Shown here piece by piece: positions 49,262 to 59,547 of a stretch of DNA of 64,000 nt. The stretch is taken from positions 330,321 to 394,320 of IMG/VR virus record IMGVR_UViG_3300020156_000001; one strand, given 5' to 3'. Under the pieces are notes generated by a model. The model was given only the letters and a program-made list of their open reading frames with translations. It did not search any database and was not told the origin of the DNA. The stretch comes from a virus. Its lineage: Duplodnaviria > Heunggongvirae > Uroviricota > Caudoviricetes. The first letter of the stretch is position 1. Each line of letters opens with the position of its first letter. Position numbers and translations under genes: made by a program.

Positions 49262-50178
49262 AGGTTTCCTTAAACCCTACGTACCTGTGTAATTTCAGGT
49301 GCTCCTTTTGTTACCTCACAACCGAACAACTCGCGGATTCCAAGACCATAACGGGAGATCAACTCCGTGCTCGTCTTTCCGAAATCACTGCGGTTAAGCC
49401 AATTGAATCTCTTGACCTCTATGGGGGTGAAGTTGGTATGTTAAGTGAGACAAAGTGGTATGAACTCAAAGGTATAATCAGAGAGTTCTACACGGGTCCA
49501 ATCAACGTAATCACAAACTTGTCGCGGATTCACAAAGGGTTTCTAGACGACGATATTGATCTTTCCGTTAGCTATGACTTTGATGTACGACAAGCTAGTA
49601 CCAGCGTGCGCAACAACATGTTGGCACTACCAAAGCAGTTCTCGATCCTATTGCTTGCAAGCAAGAACATGTTGGGACGCGATGTTGGTCTAATGATCTC
49701 CGAGCTCAACTTGTATGCGAACTTGATTGCTGTGGAAATCAAACCCTACAGCACAAATCAAGCCAACGCGGATCCCGTTACGTTTAAAGACTTTGAAACC
49801 TTTGTAAGAAAGTGGATTGAGGTTCCAAAGAAACGCTTTGAATTTGTTAACGAATTTCTCGTCGAGGATGCTCTTCTCGGTCAAACCAGTAGTTTCTCCG
49901 ACGATCACATTTATATCACACCTTCGGGAAAGTTTGGTGTCCTAGAGTTTGACAATAACGATAACGAGTTCTTCTTGGAACTGGATTCATTTGTCCAGTA
50001 TGAGGAATGGTGTGTGTTGGAAAGGACACGGGTTCAAGCCAACGTGTTTTGCAATAGCTGCGAGTATTTTGGAAACTGCTTGAGTGAACACTTACGGAAT
50101 GTTACGAATTTAACGAACTCATGCAACGGGTTCAAAGGATTGCTGGATTGGTACCGCGATGAAAGATTGGAAGTTTAG
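49258..50178 (+). CDS. Radical SAM protein 4
   Basis: Start MKVSLNPT (ATGA overlap); CNFRCSFC, LYGGE, CNSC....C..EH...C. Confidence 0.9.
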   Translation: MKVSLNPTYLCNFRCSFCYLTTEQLADSKTITGDQLRARLSEITAVKPIESLDLYGGEVGMLSETKWYELKGIIREFYTGPINVITNLSRIHKGFLDDDIDLSVSYDFDVRQASTSVRNNMLALPKQFSILLLASKNMLGRDVGLMISELNLYANLIAVEIKPYSTNQANADPVTFKDFETFVRKWIEVPKKRFEFVNEFLVEDALLGQTSSFSDDHIYITPSGKFGVLEFDNNDNEFFLELDSFVQYEEWCVLERTRVQANVFCNSCEYFGNCLSEHLRNVTNLTNSCNGFKGLLDWYRDERLEV

Positions 50179-50587
50179 GCAAGATCTGTATCATCGCTTA
50201 AATCGGGAACACGCCGACGAAAACGGTCCTGATACTGTTATTATGATGTCGGATACTTCCGATCAAGCAATCTCGGATATGGTCGTTCGGTATATGTGTG
50301 GTATGATTCCCGAAAAGATCATTTACCCTGCAAAGTCCTACTTCGTTGGTCTCGTTTATGCGAGACTTCTCCGTGACTGTTTCTTTGAGGACCCCTATGC
50401 TTGTTTGGATGATCCTGGCTTGCTCCACAACAACGATCCTTACTTTCGCCCTTATTCAGAAGCGAAAGCTATCTACGATACAGTGCTTGAAGCGATGAAT
50501 GGTTGGAACTTTGATCTAACCGTGGGTGAAATACCCGACGTCAAAAGCTACTTTGACCAAGAGTTTATGCTCGATCAAGATGCTTGA
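50159..50587 (+). CDS. Hypothetical protein, last gene of radical SAM cluster
   Basis: Overlaps the end of radical SAM 4; IYPAKSY and LL.NNDPYF.PY motifs. Confidence 0.65.
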   Translation: MKDWKFRQDLYHRLNREHADENGPDTVIMMSDTSDQAISDMVVRYMCGMIPEKIIYPAKSYFVGLVYARLLRDCFFEDPYACLDDPGLLHNNDPYFRPYSEAKAIYDTVLEAMNGWNFDLTVGEIPDVKSYFDQEFMLDQDA

Positions 50588-51263
50588 GCTCTTTGTCACT
50601 CCAGTAGATATAACGCTTGAGTTTGATAACCTCACCTTGTTGTGAGGTTATTCCATATGCGCGAATCACCGGCTTAAAGTCTTCTTTAAATTCCGGATAA
50701 AGTGGACCAAACTTTGCCCGCATTAGCCAGCGGTATGGGTTTGCCACATAATGATCCACATACTTGGTTGCCGGGTGATTATCCCGGGTAAAGTAAACAC
50801 CAACACCAAACTCATAACCAATTTGGGTAAACCACGGAAGCTTGGGTGTGATATAAGCGGAAACGTTTAGGTCTCCCATCTTTACAACACTTTGCCCCGT
50901 ATGCAAGTCGTACTTTACGGCAAACCCTGGCATAAAGTTGCCTTCGGGTATTCCATAAAACCGTTTGATGTCATCACCCGGAGGAGCCTTGAACACAACA
51001 ACGGCAGTATCATGCAGATAGGTTAATCCATCAGCGGGGTGAAAGCTGATAGCTTCATAGGGATAGTGAAGGTGATCGCGAAAATGTGGCGCACGTTCAA
51101 CAATATGATTGAACAGTGGTAAAACCCGAGGATCTCCAACCTTGTAAGCTTTTTCGACAACGCCGTTGCTGTCGATTTGAAACTCACAAATAAGATCGTC
51201 AAGACCCTCGGTTAATTCGTTTAGTGGGATTGCTCTGCCAGAAACGTTAGTTTGGGCACTCAT
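50565..51263 (-). CDS. Hypothetical protein
   Basis: 232-aa ORF converging on, and overlapping, the cluster end. Confidence 0.6.
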   Translation of the reverse strand: MSAQTNVSGRAIPLNELTEGLDDLICEFQIDSNGVVEKAYKVGDPRVLPLFNHIVERAPHFRDHLHYPYEAISFHPADGLTYLHDTAVVVFKAPPGDDIKRFYGIPEGNFMPGFAVKYDLHTGQSVVKMGDLNVSAYITPKLPWFTQIGYEFGVGVYFTRDNHPATKYVDHYVANPYRWLMRAKFGPLYPEFKEDFKPVIRAYGITSQQGEVIKLKRYIYWSDKELKHLDRA

Positions 51264-51295
51264 AAAAACTCTTCACGTTCAGGGCAATATTACCC

Positions 51296-51565
51296 TTAGA
51301 GATAAGCAAACTGCATTATCTCATTTGAAAGATCAATAACTTCCTGCTTCACGACTTCCATGTCAATGATAGCGCGGATGCTTTGGATGCCTTGTTCAGA
51401 AAGTGGACCAGCATCAAAGATTTCCGCAGCTTCTTCAAAAGACACGAGGTATTCATCGCCATTAGTATAGATAACACAAGCTGCGCTAATAAATTCCTCA
51501 GGGACAACAAACGCTTCCGCTTCTTCGAGAAACTTGTCAATGTGTTCGTACTTGTCGTGTTCCAT
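51296..51565 (-). CDS. Hypothetical acidic protein
   Basis: GGAG RBS; TAAATA (minus) at about 51611-51616. Confidence 0.6.
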   Translation of the reverse strand: MEHDKYEHIDKFLEEAEAFVVPEEFISAACVIYTNGDEYLVSFEEAAEIFDAGPLSEQGIQSIRAIIDMEVVKQEVIDLSNEIMQFAYL

Positions 51566-51623
51566 GGCTTTTCACTCCCATTGAAGTACGTTAGGAACGT
51601 CCTAACAAGTTATTTACCGCTTT

Positions 51624-51866
51624 TTATTCGCGATGGAGCTTGATAAGCAATTGTAGGCGATCGTAGGCTTCCTTGATTGCGGGAACTATTTGTAGTTCGT
51701 TTAGTTCTGCATTGTCTTGAATCAGTCTCATCAACTCCTCTTCACCTAGAATGTATTCACCAGAAGGAAACTGAAAGCGGAAATCAAAAGTAGCGGCACG
51801 CTCCAAAGGCAAAGGAATTGTAACCGTTTGATGAATTGGTGGTGTCTTGAATGTGATTTGAGACAT
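51624..51866 (-). CDS. Hypothetical protein (start MSQITF)
   Basis: ATG immediately after the stop of the upstream gene. Confidence 0.55.
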   Translation of the reverse strand: MSQITFKTPPIHQTVTIPLPLERAATFDFRFQFPSGEYILGEEELMRLIQDNAELNELQIVPAIKEAYDRLQLLIKLHRE

Positions 51867-51868
51867 AG

Positions 51869-52156
51869 CTAATCCGTTTGTAGCTTGAGCACCATCATGA
51901 ACTTGTCCCAATAATGCTTGGCCGCAGGGTTTTCATTCAGCTCTTTCATAAGCTTCTTAAAAGCCCTGCCAGCTTCTGCATCAGCAGATAAGTCACGATT
52001 CTTTCTCATGAGTTCCAAGTTTTCATTACGATAAACGGTAATCTCACGATTGGCGTTTGCTACAATTGGTCCCCACTGCTCACGCGCATACTCTTCACAA
52101 GTTTGGCGCAAGCTGTTATTGGAGTCCAAATGTTGGTGGCGATATGGTTCGCTCAA
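51869..52156 (-). CDS. Hypothetical coiled-coil protein
   Basis: GGAGG RBS, TTGA start/stop overlap. Confidence 0.55.
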   Translation of the reverse strand: MSEPYRHQHLDSNNSLRQTCEEYAREQWGPIVANANREITVYRNENLELMRKNRDLSADAEAGRAFKKLMKELNENPAAKHYWDKFMMVLKLQTD

Positions 52157-52755
52157 AGCGTGCCTCCGCTGAGCTTTCTCAGCATTTGGAACTTTTTGAA
52201 TTCTTCTTCCAAATGGCGATTGTTTTCGATGTCTTCCATTAGATCATCCCAAAGCAGCGCATATGCACCCATGTGGTCAATTGCGGCCTTGTAGCGGGAA
52301 ATCATATTGCGAAGCTTGCCTTCGAGTTCATCGGTTGTTTCCAACTTGAGTTCAAGTTGTACACCATCAGGAACAAAGTGGCGATCATCGAGTTCAAGCT
52401 GGTAATTATCCTCTTCTACCTCGTCTTGATCCCAACCCTCATAAGAACCATCAGTGTAAAAGCCAAACTTCTGACGGACACGGTCTTGGGTTAGAAACCC
52501 ATTGTGATACTTCATATAGTGACGACCACGCAAACGATCGCGGGCACTTGCGCCAGATTTGCGAGCACTACCTACGGAGCCAACGCTGCCATAACCTTTT
52601 CTTGCCATTAATTTGTTCCTTAAAGAAAAAACACTACCTGTGGGTCCGGTCATTGGCGATACGCCAACTGTGGATGGAGCAATAGTTGAAGGCGCAACTT
52701 TTCTTAACAAGCTTATCGCTTTGTTCCATTTATTCTGGTATCGATTAGACCGCAT
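52153..52755 (-). CDS. Protein with N-terminal gp23 Gol-region-like segment
   Basis: AISLLRKVAPSTIA...VGVSPMTGPTGSVFSLR; own TTGACG-18-TAGAGT promoter. Confidence 0.6.
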   Translation of the reverse strand: MRSNRYQNKWNKAISLLRKVAPSTIAPSTVGVSPMTGPTGSVFSLRNKLMARKGYGSVGSVGSARKSGASARDRLRGRHYMKYHNGFLTQDRVRQKFGFYTDGSYEGWDQDEVEEDNYQLELDDRHFVPDGVQLELKLETTDELEGKLRNMISRYKAAIDHMGAYALLWDDLMEDIENNRHLEEEFKKFQMLRKLSGGTL

Positions 52756-52816
52756 GAAAATACCTGGTATATTGCTATACCAGGTACTCTAACTTATAGG
52801 GTTAATGAGCGTCAAT

Positions 52817-53083
52817 TTATATTAACTGGGTCCGAGATTCCATTTCCGGAGTATGCTCGAGAGCAGCGATAATAATTGCTGCGGCTTTTATCAGCGCGTC
52901 TTCAAAATCTTCGCGGAGTGGTGCAATACCCTTTGCGCGAACTTCCCTACTAACGTAGTGGTTGATTAGAGCAACCCAATCCCCGGGACTATTTTGAGAG
53001 TCCCACTCTGAACCTGGAAGTTCAAATTGACGTTCACGCTCGGTGCGGATCTTCTCAATAATAGTCTCGAGGTTTTGACTCAT
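52817..53083 (-). CDS. Small all-alpha protein, possible MazG-like fold
   Basis: I..ER.RQ....WD..N...DW and LIK.AA...AALE pattern; canonical EExxE not evident. Confidence 0.4.
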   Translation of the reverse strand: MSQNLETIIEKIRTERERQFELPGSEWDSQNSPGDWVALINHYVSREVRAKGIAPLREDFEDALIKAAAIIIAALEHTPEMESRTQLI

Positions 53084-53754
53084 TAAGCTTCTGCCTTCTT
53101 AGTACGCGAACGCTTTGCCTTCACTTCCTTGAGAACTTCCGCAGCTTGTTCAGGTGCAGCCGCAGCTACGTCAACTTTAACCGCTACAGGAGCAGCCACT
53201 GGACGCAAAGCAGGGTAAATCTCGTATGCGGACTCGCGCTTACGTGCAGCCTCTTCCGTGAGCATCTGTGCTTCTAGAAGGATGTTAGATGCGATTTGGT
53301 ACTTTTCGTTGTTGCGGTCGATTGCCTGGTTTTCAACGATACGGTTATCGCGATATTCAGTTGTCTTAACTTCTTCCACTGGAGGAGCGGATTCAGTTGT
53401 GGACTTGCCCATCATCTTGAGCAATTCAGGCAGCGCAATTGGACGGTTTGGCTGTGGCAGCATCAGCACGTTTGCAACTGGAACAGCCTGCAACGCATTG
53501 TTTGCGTGAAGTGTTGCCAGCATGTTTTCACCCGAGTAAGGCATAACACGACGACCAAGTAGATCGCCTAGGTTTGCAACGGCTTGACCTTCACCTTCAA
53601 CAACCGCCATGAGATCATCATGAAAACGATGTGGAAGGGCGTCTGTGTCGATTACCAGTGCGTGGTCTTCACGGCCTGGAATCTGCATGAACACAACAAC
53701 TAGACGGCGGTCTGTGTTTGTGGTCTTGCCAATGTGTCTCTTAATTTCGGACAT
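53083..53754 (-). CDS. Hypothetical phage protein
   Basis: AAGGAG RBS; 223 aa. Confidence 0.65.
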   Translation of the reverse strand: MSEIKRHIGKTTNTDRRLVVVFMQIPGREDHALVIDTDALPHRFHDDLMAVVEGEGQAVANLGDLLGRRVMPYSGENMLATLHANNALQAVPVANVLMLPQPNRPIALPELLKMMGKSTTESAPPVEEVKTTEYRDNRIVENQAIDRNNEKYQIASNILLEAQMLTEEAARKRESAYEIYPALRPVAAPVAVKVDVAAAAPEQAAEVLKEVKAKRSRTKKAEA

Positions 53755-53763
53755 TTGTTCTCC

Positions 53764-54018
53764 TTAAGCGTTCTTTGCCTTACGACGCGACGGCTTTGGT
53801 GCTTCAGCAACGGGCTCTTCGGCCGCAACTTCTTGCTCTTCGGCTGGAGCTTCGTCTGTTGGAATTGCAGCTAGAAAGCTTGCAACCTTATCACGAACCG
53901 CGCCAACTGCGGTAAGTTCTGAGCCTTTAAAGGCACCGCGTTCTGCGGCTGCATCGATGATCTTTACAACGTTTTGAAGATCCACAATGCCAATCTGGGG
54001 TGCTGCGGGTGCAGTCAT
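53764..54018 (-). CDS. Hypothetical phage protein
   Basis: GGGAG RBS; DL....KIID.A..RGAF...EL..VG motif; TTGACA-17-TAGAAT promoter upstream. Confidence 0.65.
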   Translation of the reverse strand: MTAPAAPQIGIVDLQNVVKIIDAAAERGAFKGSELTAVGAVRDKVASFLAAIPTDEAPAEEQEVAAEEPVAEAPKPSRRKAKNA

Positions 54019-54050
54019 ATTGTTCTCCCTTAGGATTAAGATTATGTTGC

Positions 54051-54079
54051 ATTCTATAAATTAGGAACTGTAATGTCAA
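54051..54079 (-). promoter_or_regulatory. Sigma70 promoter TTGACA-17-TAGAAT
   Basis: Near-consensus boxes. Confidence 0.65.
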
Positions 54080-54223
54080 TATTTTCAACAAGTTAGAATG
54101 ACTTACATCCTGCTTGCGCAATATGTGCGCTGTTTATTTAGCTGCAAAAAGGATAATCAAGTAGTTAATCAACCCGCAGGTATTGGTAAATATCCGAAAG
54201 TAACCGGCTTTAGGAGTTTATCA

Positions 54224-55576
<1,353 letters not shown>

Positions 55577-55592
55577 TAGATCATTTGACTAA

Positions 55593-55618
55593 TGAAACCC
55601 GGATTGCTCCGGGTTTCA
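55593..55618 (+). terminator. Hairpin between the collagen and BNR genes
   Basis: TGAAACCCGGA-TTGC-TCCGGGTTTCA. Confidence 0.55.
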
Positions 55619-55640
55619 AGCACAAATTTGGAGAAACAAT

Positions 55641-56666
55641 ATGAGACATGGCGGAAATTACCTATCGGTAAATGCTACTAGAATGATTGGTAAGAAGAGC
55701 GAGCCCAAGCCTGGCCTTTATGTGCAGGGTAGTGATCGCAATCAATATCGTTCATATGATGAAGGGGTAACTTGGAGAAAATTTACAACAAATCGTACTA
55801 GTAATTTCTCTAGTATTGCTATGGGTAGCAATAAATTTGCAGTAGCTTCAGACGCAGCTGGTAATGGACACATTCGATATTCAGAGGATACCGGTCGAAC
55901 TTGGATTCAAGCCACAACTACGCCTGTGTATCTATCTAGTGTAGAACAAAACCATATGAAGTATTATCCAGATGACAATCTATTTTTGTTAACTGGAGGA
56001 AATACCTCCAATGCAAGCACGGTAACATTTTTTTATTCGATTGGTGGAAAAACTTGGACTGGAATGTCACCATTCAATTCCACATATGTTAGTGGTGGAA
56101 CTTATGGTAATGGTATTATAATCGCGGATTTTCATGGCGGATCAAGTACCCTTCCATTACGTTCCACAGATATGGGCCAATCATGGACACCTATTTCAGG
56201 TTCAGGAATGCCTAATTTGGATTATTCTGTTATGTTTTCTAAGCCATTGAACATGTGGGTAGCTAAAAGACGTGGCGGATCGGGAACTGGTACAAATATA
56301 TACTATTCAACAGATAATGGAGCCAATTGGACTGGAATTCCTTCAACTGCTGGACTTTGGACTAGTACGTCGGGTAGAGTTTTTTGGTCTAACGCTTTGA
56401 GCTGCTTTATTTTTCAGGAAAACCCTACCAGTACCGTAAAAAATAGATTTTTTACATCCAATGATGGTATCAATTGGACTTTGCGAACACTTTCAACCTC
56501 TATTACTGCGCTCTATAATAGCTTTGCAGAAAGTGAGCAAAACATATTTTTATACAATAGTTCCACAATACTCACCATTAATCCTGACTTCAGTTCCTCT
56601 GTGATGACCTTTAGTTCAAGTGTTCAAGGTGTAAGTATTAACGGCATGTCCTATTATGGTGGATAA
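55641..56666 (+). CDS. BNR/Asp-box repeat beta-propeller protein (putative receptor-binding or glycan-interacting)
   Basis: Repeated SxDxGxxW: SYDEGVTW, SEDTGRTW, SIGGKTW, STDMGQSW, STDNGANW, SNDGINW. Confidence 0.75.
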   Translation: MRHGGNYLSVNATRMIGKKSEPKPGLYVQGSDRNQYRSYDEGVTWRKFTTNRTSNFSSIAMGSNKFAVASDAAGNGHIRYSEDTGRTWIQATTTPVYLSSVEQNHMKYYPDDNLFLLTGGNTSNASTVTFFYSIGGKTWTGMSPFNSTYVSGGTYGNGIIIADFHGGSSTLPLRSTDMGQSWTPISGSGMPNLDYSVMFSKPLNMWVAKRRGGSGTGTNIYYSTDNGANWTGIPSTAGLWTSTSGRVFWSNALSCFIFQENPTSTVKNRFFTSNDGINWTLRTLSTSITALYNSFAESEQNIFLYNSSTILTINPDFSSSVMTFSSSVQGVSINGMSYYGG

Positions 56667-56667
56667 G

Positions 56668-56696
56668 AAAAAGCCCGGAACAATCCGGGCTTTTTT
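56668..56696. terminator. Bidirectional terminator
   Basis: AAAAAGCCCGGA-ACAA-TCCGGGCTTTTTT. Confidence 0.85.
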
Positions 56697-56697
56697 A

Positions 56698-57264
56698 TTA
56701 CTTGTACTTTCCAAGAACCGTGACCAGCTTTGGGTCCCAGCCAATGTAGTCGACCCACGAGGCGTGTGGAACAACAATTGGATACTTGCGGGCTTTATCA
56801 ACAAGCTGATAGTAGGACGGCTTAACCGGCGCACGCGCTGGCTTCATCTTGTCGTAGTGTGCCTTTTTCAGATTGCACGGCATGCACGCGGCAACGATGT
56901 TCAACCAGTTGGTCTTACCACCGCTTGCACGCGGAACAACGTGGTCCTGAGTGAGCAGGCTATGATCGTGTGTGAAGTCCTGACCGCAATACTGGCACTT
57001 GTAGTCGTCGCGCAGTTTGATATTCTTGCCGTTGAACTTTAGTCCACGATTCACACTTTTGTACTCATGCATCAGCATGACCGCAGGCACGTTAAGGCTG
57101 AGCGTCGGGCTGGAAACTGTCCAATCCGAGTATTCCGCGATAACGTCAACACGCTCCTGATACATCAGCTTAATGGCATCTTGCCACTTTAGCGTGCTCA
57201 GAGGAACGTAGCCCATTGGCTGGGCATCTGCATTCAAAATCAAAGTGTGGGCCATTGTACTCAC
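56698..57264 (-). CDS. HNH endonuclease (McrA-like)
   Basis: LILNAD..P, RD.YKCQYCG, DHVVPR..GG....NIVAAC..CN..K. Confidence 0.9.
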   Translation of the reverse strand: MSTMAHTLILNADAQPMGYVPLSTLKWQDAIKLMYQERVDVIAEYSDWTVSSPTLSLNVPAVMLMHEYKSVNRGLKFNGKNIKLRDDYKCQYCGQDFTHDHSLLTQDHVVPRASGGKTNWLNIVAACMPCNLKKAHYDKMKPARAPVKPSYYQLVDKARKYPIVVPHASWVDYIGWDPKLVTVLGKYK

Positions 57265-57352
57265 CCATTTCCTGTTCTAGTTGCTCCTGTATTTATGGAG
57301 CACCAACATCCTTTAGTTAAAAGGCCGGAAAAGTCAAGCACTTTTACGACCC

Positions 57353-58636
57353 TTAATGAGCCGTAAAAGCCTTGATCTCCCACTGACCGTTTTCGTAGAT
57401 CACATGCGCAGTTGTTAGGTGGCCACCCTTACCCGAACCAGTGTCGAGAAAGGTTGCAGTTCCACCGTTTGTGCCATGCTCTACGAGCGGCTTGATATCC
57501 GACCGAATGTCGTGACCAACGATCACATGCTTGCCCCTGGGGATACGATTTACCCAAGTATAGATTCGGTTTGGATATCCATCCTCGCGCGGATTTGCCT
57601 GATCGGTTTCCCCATACAAGGCAATTCCTTCCAATCGCTTACTCAAACGATGGTCAGTGATCTTGAACATTTCGGGTTCAGCACCACCATGTGTGAGCAG
57701 AATGTCACCAAGCAAAATATGGTTTCGTGCCAAATTCAGCATAGCCGTATACTTGGCTTCAAACTTCTTTCGCTCACCGGCACTCAGCGCGGATACGAGG
57801 TTTGTTGTTGCGCGGTTACCATCGCTGAGAGTTAGCTTGATCGGAGTACCCTTCTCGCGAAACGCACGGTCCTGATTCAACCAACGCTCAATCTTCTTCT
57901 CGTGATTGCCCAGCGTCATCGACGCACGGCCACGGGAAATAAGATCATAAACGATATCCACGCAATCCAAGCTATGTGGACCATAATCGATCACATCGCC
58001 GAGAAAGATCATGTAAAGGTTGCGAGCAATTGCCCACTCGATAGCACTCTTGAGGCGTTCACGCATTCCGTGAACATCGCCGAGAACCATCGCTCCCTTA
58101 TATCCCAAGCCCAGGATGTGATTGGTTAGATCACCATTTGGACCCTTCCGAACAGCTTCGAAATTGTCCTTGCGCGTGTCAATAACTGTGGCAATGTTGT
58201 CGCCCATCAGGATGTCGCGTTCGTTTTGACGGAACGTTTCATCATGACGCTCAACAAGCCCAGGAACATTACTGCGCCAGCCTTGCGTTTGTAGCTTTTC
58301 TTCAAGCGGACGGTTTACGACAATGTAGAACATTGGTACGCCAAGTTCTCTGCCGATATCCGTTACACCCTTACGATCAGCCTTTTTGAGGTGCGTTGCA
58401 TCTACAACAACACGCTCACCAATGCTCAGCTTTGTGCGAACCCTATTATGCAGTTCGGAGAACACCAAAGGATTGATATCCTGACGGTTGAAATCTCCGA
58501 CCAACTCATGACGCAGGCCGTCACTTGCTACGACTTCATAATCCTCGAAGTGAGAGGCAATCACCGTGCTTTTGCCAGCGCCACTGGGGCCTACCATCAA
58601 CACGAGACTGTGGAGTGGAATCTTATGTGTCATCAT
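57353..58636 (-). CDS. Polynucleotide kinase-phosphatase (Pnkp-like, no ligase domain)
   Basis: GPSGAGKST P-loop, VDATH, then GDVHG, LGD.IDYG, GNHE, HGG, GH, DTG phosphoesterase motifs. Confidence 0.85.
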   Translation of the reverse strand: MMTHKIPLHSLVLMVGPSGAGKSTVIASHFEDYEVVASDGLRHELVGDFNRQDINPLVFSELHNRVRTKLSIGERVVVDATHLKKADRKGVTDIGRELGVPMFYIVVNRPLEEKLQTQGWRSNVPGLVERHDETFRQNERDILMGDNIATVIDTRKDNFEAVRKGPNGDLTNHILGLGYKGAMVLGDVHGMRERLKSAIEWAIARNLYMIFLGDVIDYGPHSLDCVDIVYDLISRGRASMTLGNHEKKIERWLNQDRAFREKGTPIKLTLSDGNRATTNLVSALSAGERKKFEAKYTAMLNLARNHILLGDILLTHGGAEPEMFKITDHRLSKRLEGIALYGETDQANPREDGYPNRIYTWVNRIPRGKHVIVGHDIRSDIKPLVEHGTNGGTATFLDTGSGKGGHLTTAHVIYENGQWEIKAFTAH

Positions 58637-58642
58637 GTTTCC

Positions 58643-58696
58643 ACTTTACACTGGAACTGGAGGGGAGTCAACCAGTTCATCCCCTCCAGTTCCAGT
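58643..58696 (-). promoter_or_regulatory. Promoter TTGACT-17-TAAAGT within a perfect 17-bp inverted repeat
   Basis: Stem 58650-58666 / 58680-58696; the -10 box lies 6 nt before the Pnkp ATG. Confidence 0.55.
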
Positions 58697-59230
58697 TTAA
58701 TCAATCGTTGCAATGCCTTGCGCATCAATGCTCAGGGTACCACGCTTGATTCGGATCGCGCCTTTGGTGCTTGGATTATCGGGCTGCTCTCGGGTGGTCC
58801 AAGGCGTATTACAATCAACGTGATGAACATAATAGGTCTTGCCTTTGGCTTTGATGATCCACATGGGGACAATCTCAGGAAACTCCAAATGCTTTTTGTT
58901 GAAGTGGAAGTCCATGTTACGGATATCCTCAACTACAAGCGGAAACGTTGCGTGCTGCTCAGCAATACCCTTGCGCATATTTTGGATGTTCTGCCAACGG
59001 ATCTTGCCCTCGCTTAGGATAGTCATGGCCTTTGCAGCCATTGCACGTTCTTGGCGCAAGTTGTTTTGTAGTTGACCCGCGATTGCTCCATCGCGCTGAG
59101 CATCTTTGGACATTTTCTTGAGCTTGCGAACTCGCTCGCTAACTTCCGCATAAAGAGACTTCCAGCTCTTTTGCCATACTTTGTATTCTTCCTTCGTCTT
59201 GAAGGTTGGCTTCATACCAAATGCGCTCAT
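58697..59230 (-). CDS. Hypothetical protein (start MSAFGMK)
   Basis: GGGAG RBS, ATGA overlap. Confidence 0.6.
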   Translation of the reverse strand: MSAFGMKPTFKTKEEYKVWQKSWKSLYAEVSERVRKLKKMSKDAQRDGAIAGQLQNNLRQERAMAAKAMTILSEGKIRWQNIQNMRKGIAEQHATFPLVVEDIRNMDFHFNKKHLEFPEIVPMWIIKAKGKTYYVHHVDCNTPWTTREQPDNPSTKGAIRIKRGTLSIDAQGIATID

Positions 59231-59547
59231 CGTTCTACACTCCCACCGAATGTTAATTTGAAAAGCAGTGCGGAGTTCACATCGGAAAAATACCACATCT
59301 GCTGATTGCCAGCTACCCAATAAAATTGGGAGTTCTCTTTGCACCACTTCATCTTCTCGGTGTAAAACCGAGTATCGACGAGGCGAACACTACGATATCC
59401 AGGCCACATATCGCGAAGCTCTCGGCTCCACTTTTTGTCCTTCATCGTAGTTGAAGGGGGTGGAGACCACCCATCTTCGTCTTCCTGTTTTGGTGCTGTA
59501 ATGGCGCTTTTGTAAGCGTCCATTGCTACTTGCCATCGCTTGTTCAT
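59227..59547 (-). CDS. Hypothetical protein (FKL-motif family)
   Basis: ATGA overlap; WYFSDVNSALLFKLTFGG C-terminus. Confidence 0.6.
   Translation of the reverse strand: MNKRWQVAMDAYKSAITAPKQEDEDGWSPPPSTTMKDKKWSRELRDMWPGYRSVRLVDTRFYTEKMKWCKENSQFYWVAGNQQMWYFSDVNSALLFKLTFGGSVER

Noticed and set aside
42797-50178. Radical SAM genes as queuosine/7-deazaguanine or anaerobic RNR activase functions
   Set aside because: There are no QueC/QueD/FolE/DpdA or NrdD neighbours; the C-terminal Cys clusters and adjacent CHxS-tailed protein fit peptide maturases better. Not formally excluded without HMM searches.
56698-57264. HNH gene as a mobile homing endonuclease or intron ORF
   Set aside because: It is free-standing with its own promoter and terminator, has an McrA-like architecture, and interrupts no host gene.
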